A model generated the notes under the pieces. That model did no database searches. It saw only the letters and a list, made by a program, of their open reading frames with translations, and was not told where the DNA came from. 64,000 nucleotides of DNA, from the IMG/VR virus record IMGVR_UViG_651053022_000004, positions 14,440 to 78,439 of that record; one strand, written 5' to 3'. Position 1 is the stretch's first letter. Each line of letters opens with the position of its first letter. Origin of the DNA: a virus. Its lineage: Duplodnaviria; Heunggongvirae; Uroviricota; Caudoviricetes. A program made the position numbers and the translations under genes. Positions 51,501 through 61,148 of this stretch are shown here, one piece after another.

Positions 51501-51735
51501 TATCATGCCACTGACACGGGCAGCGGACGGCTCTCTTGGGGTCAGAGCCATTGGCAATGTGAATAGTGGCGGGGGGGTTGTTTATTCTCCCGTGTATCAC
51601 ATCAGCATTCAGAATCAAGGGAGCAATGGCGAGATAGATGCGCGCTCAGCCAGGGGACTGGTGGATCTGATCGACAGCAGGGTTGTGTCAATTATGCAGT
51701 CATCGCGTCGGGATGGAGGATTGTACAGTGCCTGA
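48502..51735 (+). CDS. tail tape measure protein
   Basis: 1077 aa; paralogous to 30937..34179. Confidence 0.9.
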   Translation: MSVATLRELIIKISANSRSFQSEISRASRMGQDYYRTMQNGGRQSAAASREMRRALAEVTDQINTAKSSALNMAGAFAGAFATGHLISFADEWNSVNARLKQASQSSDDFQASQRELMAISQRTGTAFSDNASLFARSAASMREYGYSSEEVLKVTEAISTGLKLSGASTAEASSVITQFSQALAQGVLRGEEFNSVNENGDRVIRALAAGVGVARKDLKAMADNGKLTADKVVPALISQLGALRDEYAAMPDTVSSSATKVENAFMAWVGGANEASGVTKTLSGVLNGIAGNIDTVATAAGALVAVGVARYFGNMASSAGSATAGLITAARNEVALAEAQLRGTQIATARARAAVYRAQQAVVAARGTERQAAAEAKLAAAQASLTRNIAARTAAQTTLNTVTSVGSRLLSGALGLVGGVPGLVMLGAAAWYTMYQNQEQARESARQYAAKIDEIRQKTSAMSLPEASDNEEKTRQALDEQNRLIDEQKSKIKSLQEKIAGYQYVLANPGWTTDNGFMINHMTSVKTVTEGLAEATNQLAVEQSRLTQMQGKAQSIQDVLAGLEERRVALIRQQAAEQNKAYQSLLIMNGQHTEFNRLLGLGNELLQQRQGLVNVPLRLPQATLDDKQQTALNNSKRELALSRLKGEARERARLGYAADDLGFVGEAYQTARQNYINNSLDAWRNNQANKPKAHKKTEAEKTEDIYKRLIKQQKEQIALAGQNTELAKMKYQVSQGELSTLSEAQKKTLLQNAALIDQKKIREQLAAYESSLADSNASTRASNDAQLLGYGEGSRMRERLQEMWSIRHEFEQKNNELLRQYQAGEIEEALWKQEKELNKKYLEERLSDQQDYYAKADALRNNWNAGLQEGLTNWADSATDYASQAADAVVSTMDGLVSNISDALAGNVVDWRNWGSSILQEVSKILMNAAIVNGLKSLSGAGGWLGTVGGWISGAVANAKGGVYTSANLSAYSNTIVDTPTYFAFAKGAGLMGEAGPEAIMPLTRAADGSLGVRAIGNVNSGGGVVYSPVYHISIQNQGSNGEIDARSARGLVDLIDSRVVSIMQSSRRDGGLYSA

Positions 51736-52069
51736 GCCTGAAGTTTTTAACTGGATCCCCCGTGAGGGGATGGAGACGACACGAAAGCCATCAGTTATTA
51801 CGGTAAAGTTTGGTGACGGATATGAACAGAGACGGGCTGGTGGTCTGAATGCGGATCTGAAAACGTTTAAACCGGTATTTCGTGTCACAGATGAATATTC
51901 CCGTGCCGCGCTGGACAGTTTTTTATCCCGTCATGCCGGGATTCGTGCTTTTTTGTGGCGTCCGCCAAAACACAACAGGACTGTCCGGGTTGTCTGCAGG
52001 GAGTGGAGCATTTCGGATAATGCCATGTATACCGATTTTAACTGTACCTTTGAAGAGGTCACTCACTGA
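51728..52069 (+). CDS. minor tail protein M-like
   Basis: 113 aa from GTG 51728 overlapping the TMP stop, by analogy with 34172. Confidence 0.85.
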   Translation: MPEPEVFNWIPREGMETTRKPSVITVKFGDGYEQRRAGGLNADLKTFKPVFRVTDEYSRAALDSFLSRHAGIRAFLWRPPKHNRTVRVVCREWSISDNAMYTDFNCTFEEVTH

Positions 52070-52758
52070 TGCAGGATATACAGCAGGAAACACTCAATGA
52101 GTGCACTAAAACGGAGCAATCCGCGCTGATCGTGCTCTGGGAAATTGATCTGACAGAGGTCGGCGGAGATCGTTATTTCTTCTGTAATGAGCAGAACGAA
52201 AAAGGTGAACCGGTCACCTGGCAGGGGCGGCAGTATCAGGCATACCCCATTCAGGGGACGGGATTTGAACTGAACGGTAAGGGCAGTGCTGCCCGTCCGA
52301 CACTGACGGTCTCTAACCTGCACGGCATGGTCACCGGGATGGCGGAAGACCTGCAGAGTCTGGTCGGCGGAACGGTGGTCAGGCGTAAGGTTTACGCCCG
52401 TTTTCTGGATGCGGTGAACTTCGTCAACGGAAACAGTGACGCCGACCCGGAGCAGGAGGTGATCAGCCGCTGGCGCATCGAGCAGTGCAGCGAACTGAGT
52501 GCGGTCAGTGCTTCTTTTGTACTGTCCACGCCGACGGAAACGGATGGTGCGGTTTTTCCGGGGCGCATCATGCTGGCCAACACCTGTACCTGGACCTATC
52601 GCGGTGATGAGTGCGGTTATAGCGGTCCGGCTGTCGCGGATGAATAGACGTCCGATATCACGAAAGATAAATGCAGCAAATGCCTGAGTGGCTGTAAGTT
52701 TCGCAATAACGTCGGCAACTTTGGCGGCTACCTTTCCATCAACAAACTTTCGCAGTAA
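52069..52758 (+). pseudogene. minor tail protein L-like, frameshifted near codon 191
   Basis: Lambda-L-like to ...GYSGPAVADE then stop; compared with 15061-15090 an 11-bp stretch (tgaccagccaa) is missing; the remaining L C-terminus (TSDITKDKCSKCLSGCKFRNNVGNFGG) is in another frame. Confidence 0.8.
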
Positions 52759-52763
52759 ATCCC

Positions 52764-53482
52764 ATGACAGAGACAGAATCAGCGATTCTGGCGCACGCCC
52801 GGCGATGTGCGCCAGCGGAGTCGTGCGGCTTCGTGGTGAGAACGCCGGAGGGGGAAAGATATTTCCCCTGCGTGAATATCTCCGGTGAGCCGGAAGATTA
52901 TTTCCGGATGTCGCCGGAGGACTGGCTGCAGGCCAAAATGCAGGGTGAGATTGTGGCGCTGGTCCACAGTCACCCCGGTGGTCTGCCCTGGCTGAGTGAG
53001 GCTGACAGGCGGCTGCAGGTGCAGAGCGATTTGCCGTGGTGGCTGGTCTGCCGGGGTGAGATTCATAAATTCCGCTGTGTGCCGCATCTTACCGGGCGGT
53101 GCTTTGAGCACGGGGTGACGGACTGTTACACGCTGTTCTTGAGATGCCGGATTTTCATCGCGGGGATGACTGGTGGCGTCACGGTCAGAATCTCTATCTG
53201 GATAATCTGGAGGCCACAGGGCTGTATCAGGTGCCGTTGTCATCAGCACAACCGGGCGATGTGCTGCTGTGCTGCTTTGGTTCATCGGTGCCGAATCATG
53301 CCGCCATTTACTGCGGCGACGGCGAGCTGCTGCACCATATTCCTGAACAACTGAGCAAACGAGAGAGGTATACCGACAAATGGCAGCGACGCACACACTC
53401 CCTCTGGCGTCACCGGGCATGGCACGCATCTGCCTTTACGGGGATTTGCAACGATTTGGCCACCGCATCGACCTTCGTGTGA
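52764..53482 (+). pseudogene. tail tip protein K-like, frameshifted by a small deletion at the position where the first K copy is truncated
   Basis: N-part reads to ...DCYTLF (53137), then cttgag joins directly to atgccggattttcatcg; the C-part (53144..53482, MPDFHRGDDWW...TGICNDLATASTFV) is lambda-K-like in another frame. Confidence 0.8.
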
Positions 53483-54027
53483 AAACGGGAGCCGAAGCTA
53501 TCCGGGCGCTGGCCACGCAGCTCCCGGCGTTTCGTCAGAAACTGAATGAGGGCTGGTATCAGGTGCGCATTGCCGGGCGTGATGCAGGCGAAAACGAATT
53601 ATCTGCCCGTCTTAATGAGCCGCTGGCAAATGGTGCCGTGATCCACATCGTGCCGCGTCTGGCGGGAGCTAAAAGTGGCGGTGTGTTTCAGGTGGTGCTG
53701 GGGGCGGCGCTGATTGCGGTGGCATGGTGGAACCCTGTGGGCTGGCTGGGTGCCGCGGCTGTATCGGGCATGTATGCGGCAGGGGCCAGTATGATCCTGG
53801 GTGGTGTGGCCCAGATGCTGGCACCGAAAGCCCGGACGCCCACAGCGACCAGCACGGATAACGGTAAGCAGAACACCTATTTCTCATCACTGGATAACAT
53901 GGTTGCCCAGGGCAATGTTCTGCCTGTTCTGTACGGTGAAATGCGCGTGGGGTCTCGTGTGGTTTCTCAGGAGATCAGCACGGCAGATGAAGGGGACGGT
54001 GGTCAGGTTGTGGTGATTGGCCGCTGA
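53380..54027 (+). CDS. I: tail assembly protein I
   Basis: 215 aa MAATHTLPLASPGMARICLYGDLQRFG...; matches lambda gpI start and C-terminus. Confidence 0.85.
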   Translation: MAATHTLPLASPGMARICLYGDLQRFGHRIDLRVKTGAEAIRALATQLPAFRQKLNEGWYQVRIAGRDAGENELSARLNEPLANGAVIHIVPRLAGAKSGGVFQVVLGAALIAVAWWNPVGWLGAAAVSGMYAAGASMILGGVAQMLAPKARTPTATSTDNGKQNTYFSSLDNMVAQGNVLPVLYGEMRVGSRVVSQEISTADEGDGGQVVVIGR

Positions 54028-54087
54028 TGCAAAATATTTCATGTGAAACCGCCTCCGGGCGGTTTTGTCGTTTATGGAGCATGACGA

Positions 54088-54232
54088 ATGGGCAAAGGAA
54101 GCAGTAAGGGGCATACCCCGCGCGAAGCGAAGGACAACCTGAAATCCACGCAATTACTGAGTGTGATCGATGCCATCAGCGAAGGGCCGATTGAAGGTCC
54201 GGTGGATGGATTAAAAAGCGTGCTGCTGGCGC
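54088..54232 (+). pseudogene. J 5' fragment (first ~48 codons), left copy of a 799-bp tandem duplication
   Basis: MGKGSSKGHTPREAKDNLKSTQLLSVIDAISEGPIEGPVDGLKSVLL then runs into a second copy of the K-end/I-start sequence. Confidence 0.7.
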
Positions 54233-54826
54233 ATCTGCCTTTACGGGGATTTACAACGATTTGGCCGCCGCATCGACCTTCGTGTGAAAACGGGGGCTGA
54301 AGCCATCCGGGCGCTGGCCACACAGCTCCCGGCGTTTCGTCAGAAACTGAGCGACGGCTGGTATCAGGTACGGATTGCCGGGCGTGATACAGGTGAAACG
54401 GAATTATCAGCCCGTCTTAATGAACCGCTGGCAAATGGTGCTGTGATCCATATCGTGCCGCGTCTGGCAGGAGCCAAAAGTGGCGGTGTGTTTCAGGCTG
54501 TGCTGGGGGCGGCTGTTATGGCGGTTGCTATATGGATGCCGGGGGTAGGAATTATGGCGAGTAATCTGCTGTTTTCTCTCGGTGCCAGTATGACGCTTGG
54601 CGGTGTTGCACAGATGCTGGCCCCTAAACCCAGAACCCCCCGCACACAGACAACGGATAACGGCAAACAGAACACCTATTTTTCTTCACTGGATAATATG
54701 GTTGCCCAGGGCAATGTTCTGCCCGTTCTGTACGGTGAAATGCGCGTGGGATCACGTGTGGTATCTCAGGAGATCAGCACAGCAGATGAAGGTGATGGTG
54801 GTCAGGTTGTGGTGATTGGTCGCTGA
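54233..54826 (+). pseudogene. I, 5'-truncated second copy
   Basis: Begins with the duplicated K 3' end (YNDLAAAS...), then an I sequence lacking its first ~17 codons; diverges from the 53380 copy in the hydrophobic middle. Confidence 0.7.
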
Positions 54827-54886
54827 TGAAAAACGTTTTATGTGAAACCGCCTCCGGGCGGTTTTATCGTTTATGGAGCATGACGA

Positions 54887-57800
54887 ATGGGTAAAGGCAG
54901 CAGTAAGGGGCATACCCCGCGCGAAGCGAAGGACAACCTGAAGTCCACGCAGCTGCTGAGTGTGATCGATGCCATCAGCGAAGGGCCGGTTGAAGGTCCG
55001 GTGGATGGATTAAAAAGCGTGCTGCTGAACAGTACACCGGTGCTGGACAGTGAGGGGAATACCAACATCTCCGGTGTTACGGTGGTGTTCCGGGCAGGTG
55101 AGCAGGAGCAGACACCGCCGGAGGGATTTGAATCCTCCGGTTCCGAGACGGTGCTGGGTACGGAAGTGAAATACGACACGCCGATCACCCGCACCATCAC
55201 GTCGGCAAACATCGACCGTCTGCGCTTTACGCCGGTGCTGGACAGTGAGGGGAATACCAATATATCCGGCGTCACGGTGGTGTTCCGGGCCGGTGAGCAG
55301 GAGCAGTCACCGCCGGAGGGATTTGAATCCTCCGGCTCCGAGACGGTGCTGGGTACGGAAGTGAAATATGACACGCCGATCACCCGGACCATCACGTCGG
55401 CAAACATCGACCGTCTGCGCTTTACCTTCGGTGTACAGGCACTGGTGGAAACCACCTCAAAGGGAGACAGGAATCCGTCGGAAGTTCGCCTGCTGGTTCA
55501 GATACAGCGTAACGGTGGCTGGGTGACGGAAAAAGACATCACCATTAAGGGCAAAACCACCTCGCAGTATCTGGCCTCGGTGGTGGTGGATAACCTGCCG
55601 CCGCGCCCGTTTAATATCCGGATGCGCAGGATGACGCCGGACAGCACCACAGACCAGCTGCTGAACAAAACGCTCTGGTCGTCATACACCGAAATCATCG
55701 ATGTGAAACAGTGCTACCCGAACACGGCACTGGTTGGCGTGCAGGTGGACTCGGAGCAGTTCGGCAGCCAGCAGGTGAGTCGTAATTATCATCTTCGCGG
55801 GCGCATTCTGCAGGTGCCGTCGAACTATAACCCGCAGACGCGGCAATACAGCGGTATCTGGGACGGAACGTTAAAACCGGCATACAGCAACAACATGGCC
55901 TGGTGTCTGTGGGATATGCTGACCCATCCGCGCTACGGCATGGGAAAACGTCTTGGTGCGGCAGATGTGGATAAATGGGCGCTGTATGTCATCGGCCAGT
56001 ACTGCGACCAGTCGGTGCCGGACGGCTTTGGCGGCACGGAGCCGCGCATTACCTGTAATGCGTACCTGACCACACAGCGCAAGGCGTGGGATGTGCTCAG
56101 TGATTTCTGCTCGGCGATGCGCTGTATGCCGGTATGGAACGGGCAGACGCTGACGTTCGTGCAGGACCGACCATCAGATAAGGTGTGGACCTATAACCGC
56201 AGTAATGTGGTGATGCCGGAGCCGTCGGATAATGTGTGGACCTATAACCGCAGTAATGTGGTGATGCCGGATGATGGCGCGCCGTTCCGCTACAGCTTCA
56301 GCGCCCTGAAGGACCGCCATAATGCCGTTGAGGTGAACTGGATTGACCCGGATAACGGCTGGGAGACGGCGACAGAGCTCGTGGAGGATACGCAGGCCAT
56401 TGCCCGTTACGGCCGTAACGTCACGAAGATGGATGCCTTTGGCTGTACCAGCCGGGGCTGACCCGGATAACGGCTGGGAAACGGCAACAGAGCTTGTGGA
56501 GGACACGCAGGCCATTGCCCGTTATGGTCGTAATGTCACGAAGATGGATGCCTTTGGCTGTACCAGCCGGGGGCAGGCACACCGCGCCGGGCTGTGGCTG
56601 ATTAAAACGGAGCTGCTGGAAACGCAGACCGTGGACTTCAGCGTGGGCGGTGGTCGTGTGCTGGCGGTGAGCAGCCAGACCCGGACGCTGACGCTCGACC
56701 GTGAAATCACGCTGCCATCCTCCGGCACCACGCTGATAAGCCTGGTTGACGGAAGTGGCAATCCGGTCAGCGTGCAGGTCCAGTCCGTCACCGACGGCGT
56801 GAAGGTGAAAGTGAGCCGGGTTCCTGACGGCGTTGCAGAATACAGCGTGTGGGGGCTGAAGTTGCCGACGTTGCGCCAGCGCCTGTTCCGCTGTGTGAGT
56901 ATCCGTGAGAACGACGACGGCACGTATGCCATCACCGCCGTGCAGCATGTTCCTGACGGTGTTGCTGAATACAGCGTATGGGGGCTGAAGCTGCCGACGC
57001 TGCGCCAGCGACTGTTCCGCTGCGTGAGTATCCGTGAAAACGACGACGGCACGTATGCCATCACCGCCGTGCAGCATGTACCGGAAAAAGAAGCCATCGT
57101 GGATAACGGGGCGCACTTTGACGGCGACCAGAGCGGCACGGTGAATGGTGTCACGCCGCCAGCGGTGCAGCACCTGGCCGCAGAAGTCACTGCAGACAGC
57201 GGGGAATATCAGGTGCTGGCGCGATGGGACACACCGAAGGTGGTGAAGGGCGTGAGCTTCCTGCTCCGTCTGACCGTAACAGCGGACGACGGCAGTGAGC
57301 GGCTGGTCAGCACGGCCCGGACGACGCCGGAAAAAGAGACCATCGTGGATAACGGGGCGCACTTTGACGGCGAACAGAGTGGCACGGTGAATGGTGTCAC
57401 GCCGCCCGCGGTGCAGCACCTGACCGCAGAAGTCACCGCAGACAGCGGGGAATATCAGGTGCTGGCGCGATGGGACACACCGAAGGTGGTGAAGGGGGTG
57501 AGCTTTATGCTTCGCCTGACCGTGGCAGCGGATGACGGCAGTGAGCGGCTGGTCAGCACGGCCAGGACGACGGAAACCACATACCGCTTCAGGCAACTGG
57601 CGCTGGGGAACTACAGGCTGACAGTCCGGGCGGTAAATGCGTGGGGGCAGCAGGGGGATCCGGCGTCGGTATCGTTCCGGATTGCCGCACCGGCAGCGCC
57701 ATCGCGGATTGAGCTGACGCCGGGCTATTTTCAGATAACCGCAACGCCACATCTTGCCGTTTATGACCCGACGGTACAGTTTGAGTTCTGGTTCTCGGAA

Positions 57801-58847
57801 AAGCGGATTGCGGATATCAGGCAGGTTGAAACCGCAGCCCGCTATCTTGGCTCGGCGCTGTACTGGATAGCTGCCAGTATCAATATCAAACCGGGCCATG
57901 ATTATTATTTTATCCGCAGTGTGAATACTGTTGGCAAATCGGCATTCGTGGAGGCTGTCGGTCGGGCGAGCGATGATGCGGAAGGTTACCTGGATTTTTT
58001 CAAAGGAGAAATCGGGAAAACACATCTGGCCCAGGAGCTGTGGACGCAGATTGATAACGGTCAGCTTGCGCCGGACCTGGCTGAAATCAGGACGTCCATT
58101 ACGAATGTCAGCAATGAAATCACGCAGACCGTCAATAAAAAACTGGAAAATCAGAGTGCGGCAATCCAGCAGATACAGAAAGTTCAGGTTGATACAAATA
58201 ATAACCTGAACAGCATGTGGGCCGTGAAACTGCAGCAGATGCAGGACGGACGCCTTTATATTGCGGGTATCGGTGCCGGTATTGAGAATACGCCAGCAGG
58301 AATGCAGAGTCAGGTGCTGCTGGCGGCAGACAGGATTGCGATGATTAATCCTGCGAATGGCAACACAAAGCCGATGTTTGTTGGTCAGGGCGATCAGATA
58401 TTTATGAATGAAGTGTTCCTGAAATATCTGACGGCTCCCACCATTACCAGCGGCGGTAATCCTCCGGCATTTTCCCTGACACCGGACGGGCGGCTGACGG
58501 CGAAAAATGCCGATATCAGCGGTAACGTGAATGCGAACTCCGGGACGCTCAACAACGTCACGATTAACGAGAACTGCCGGGTTCTGGGAAAACTGTCCGC
58601 GAACCAGATTGAAGGCGATCTCGTTAAAACAGTGGGCAAAGCTTTCCCCCGTGACTCCCGGGCACCGGAGCGGTGGCCATCAGGGACCATTACCGTCAGG
58701 GTTTATGACGATCAGCCGTTTGACCGGCAAATTGTTATTCCGGCTGTGGCATTCAGTGGCGCTAAGCATGAGAGAGAGCATACTGATATTTACTCCTCAT
58801 GCCGTCTGATAGTGTTATTGATATGCCTGCCGGTCACGGTCACATGA
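54887..58847 (+). pseudogene. J: host specificity protein J, disrupted by several imperfect tandem duplications and a frameshift
   Basis: Lambda-J-like throughout; in-frame duplications of 198, 51, 129 and 246 bp and an out-of-frame 116-bp duplication (56344-56575) that creates a stop at 56459-56461; the frame resumes in ORF 56343..58847. Confidence 0.8.
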
Positions 58848-59239
58848 CACTGGAGTTTTCGGTGTCAGCATGGCTGGTAAATAACTGGTATCCCACAGCA
58901 AGTATCAGCGATTTGCTGGTTGCGTTATTGATATGCCTGCCGGTCACGGTCACATGACGCTGGAGTTTTCGGTGTCAGCATGGCTGGTAAATGGCTGGTA
59001 TCCCACAGCAAGTATCAGCGATTTGCTGGTTGGATTGTTATTCCGGCGGTGGCATTCAGCGGCGCTAAACATGAGAAAGAGCATACTGATATTTACTCCT
59101 CATGCCGTCTGATAGTGCGGAAAAACGGTGCTGAAATTTATAACCGTACCGCGCTGGATAATACGCTGATTTACAGTGGTGGTGATGAAGAAAGCCACTG
59201 CAGGCATCACGATTAGCTGAATTTTATAACCCAGATACG

Positions 59240-59263
59240 GGCACCAGAAATGGTGCCTTTTTT
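59240..59263 (+). terminator. hairpin ggcacc-agaaat-ggtgcc plus T-run after the J 3' fragments
   Basis: Read directly from the sequence; identical structure at 61110-61133. Confidence 0.55.
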
Positions 59264-59287
59264 ATTGCAGAAAAGCGAGAGGTAATT

Positions 59288-59887
59288 ATGCGTAAATTAT
59301 GTGCTGTTATTCTATCCGCAGTAGTCTGGCTGGTTGCCGCTGGTACGCCAGCGAGCGCAGCAGAGCATCAGTCCACACTAAGCGCCGGGTATCTTCAGAC
59401 CCATACTGATATGCCAGGCAGTGATGACCTGAAGGGCATTAACGTGAAATACCGTTATGAATTTACGGACACGCTGGGGCTGGTGACGTCATTCAGTTAT
59501 GCCAATGCCAAAGATGAGCAAAAAACGCATTACAGCGATACCCGCTGGCATGAAGATTCAGTGCGTAACCGCTGGTTCAGCATGATGGCGGGGCCATCTG
59601 TACGCGTGAATGAATGGTTCAGTGCTTATGCGATGGCAGGTGTGGCTTACAGCCGTGTTTCGACGTTCTCCGGGGATTATCTCCGCGTAACTGACAACAA
59701 GGGGAAAACGCACGATGTGCTGACCGGAAGTGATGACGATCGCCACAGCAACACGTCTCTGGCGTGGGGAGCTGGCGTGCAGTTTAACCCGACCGAATCC
59801 GTGGCCATTGATATTGCTTATGAAGGCTCCGGCAGTGGCGACTGGCGCACTGACGGTTTCATCGTGGGTGTCGGTTATAAGTTCTGA
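59288..59887 (+). CDS. lom: outer membrane protein Lom (Ail/Lom family)
   Basis: 199 aa; signal peptide MRKLCAVILSAVVWLVAAGTPASA; C-terminus DIAYEGSGSGDWRTDGFIVGVGYKF as in lambda Lom; RBS GAGAGG. Confidence 0.9.
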   Translation: MRKLCAVILSAVVWLVAAGTPASAAEHQSTLSAGYLQTHTDMPGSDDLKGINVKYRYEFTDTLGLVTSFSYANAKDEQKTHYSDTRWHEDSVRNRWFSMMAGPSVRVNEWFSAYAMAGVAYSRVSTFSGDYLRVTDNKGKTHDVLTGSDDDRHSNTSLAWGAGVQFNPTESVAIDIAYEGSGSGDWRTDGFIVGVGYKF

Positions 59888-59913
59888 TTAGCCAGGTAAC
59901 ACAGTGTTATGAC

Positions 59914-59941
59914 AGCCCGCCGGTTCAGGCGGGCTTTTTTG
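59914..59941 (+). terminator. hairpin agcccgcc-ggttca-ggcgggct plus T6 after lom
   Basis: Perfect 8-bp stem read directly from the sequence. Confidence 0.6.
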
Positions 59942-59974
59942 TGCACAGAAAACCCCCAGCTAGGCTGGGGGTTC

Positions 59975-61090
59975 CGCATTCGCAGTGTGAACACCGTTGG
60001 CAAATCGGCATTTGTGGAGGCTGTTGGCCAGCCGAGTGATGATGCATCCGGCTATCTGGATTTTTTCAAAGGAGAGATAGGGAAAACCCATCTGGCTCAG
60101 GAGTTGTGGACGCAGATTGATAACGGTCAGCTTGCGCCTGACCTGGCTGAAATCAGGACGTCCATTACGGATGTCAGCAATGAAATCACGCAGACCGTCA
60201 ATAAGAAACTGGAAGACCAGAGTGCAGCGATCCAGCAGATACAGAAGGTTCAGGTTGATACAAATAATAACCTGAACAGCATGTGGGCTGTGAAGCTGCA
60301 GCAGATGCAGGACGGACGCCTTTATATCGCGGGTATTGGTGCCGGTATTGAGAATACCCCTGACGGTATGCAGAGTCAGGTGCTGCTGGCGGCGGACAGG
60401 ATTGCGATGATTAATCCTGCGAATGGCAATACAAAGCCGATGTTTGTTGGGCAGGGCGATCAGATATTCATGAACGAAGTGTTCCTGAAATATCTGACGG
60501 CTCCCACCATTACTGGCAATCCCCCAACGTTTTCACTGACACCTGATGGTCGACTTTCTGCGAGAAATGCGGATATCAGCGGTAACGTGAATGCGAACTC
60601 CGGGACGCTCAATAATGTCACGATTAACCAGAACTGTCGGATTCTGGGAAAACTGTCAGCTAACCAGATTGAAGGTGATATTGTCAAAACGGTGGGAAAA
60701 GCCTTTCCGAGAAATGGCAGTTATGCCAGCGGTACAATAACGGTCACTGTGTACGATGACCAGGCTTTTGACCGTCAGATAGTCGTCCCCCCCGTTCTGT
60801 TTCGCGGTGGTAAGCATGAAAACTTCAACAGCAACAACCAACAGTCATACTGGTATTCAACCTGTAAGCTGCAGGTGCTGAAGAACGGACAGGAAATCTT
60901 TCAGCAACCCGCGACGGATGTCAGCAGGGTATTTTCATCAGTCATTGATATGCCTGCCGGACACGGCCATGTCACCCTGACTTTCAATGTTTCTTCATAT
61001 GGTGCAAATAACTGGACGCCAACGACCAGTATCAGCGACCTTCTTGTTGTCGTGATGAAGAAATCAACAGCCGGCATCAGTATCAGTTGA
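59975..61090 (+). other. orphan J C-terminal (receptor-binding) cassette without its own start or RBS
   Basis: From ~59980 the sequence is about 95% identical to J nt ~57905-58640 ([16 protein letters not shown]...[20 protein letters not shown]), then has a distinct, complete C-terminus ending ...[11 protein letters not shown]-stop; preceded by two hairpins. Confidence 0.75.
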
Positions 61091-61109
61091 ATTTTAAAAC
61101 CCAAATTCG

Positions 61110-61133
61110 GGCACCAGAAATGGTGCCTTTTTT
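61110..61133 (+). terminator. hairpin ggcacc-agaaat-ggtgcc plus T-run after the J cassette
   Basis: Same element as 59240-59263. Confidence 0.55.
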
Positions 61134-61148
61134 ATTTGTGGAGTGAAT

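Noticed and set aside
58730-61133. Diversity-generating retroelement or invertase-driven shufflon acting on the J C-terminus
   Set aside because: No reverse transcriptase or site-specific recombinase gene is present and the repeats are direct, not inverted; homologous cassette replacement is the simpler explanation.
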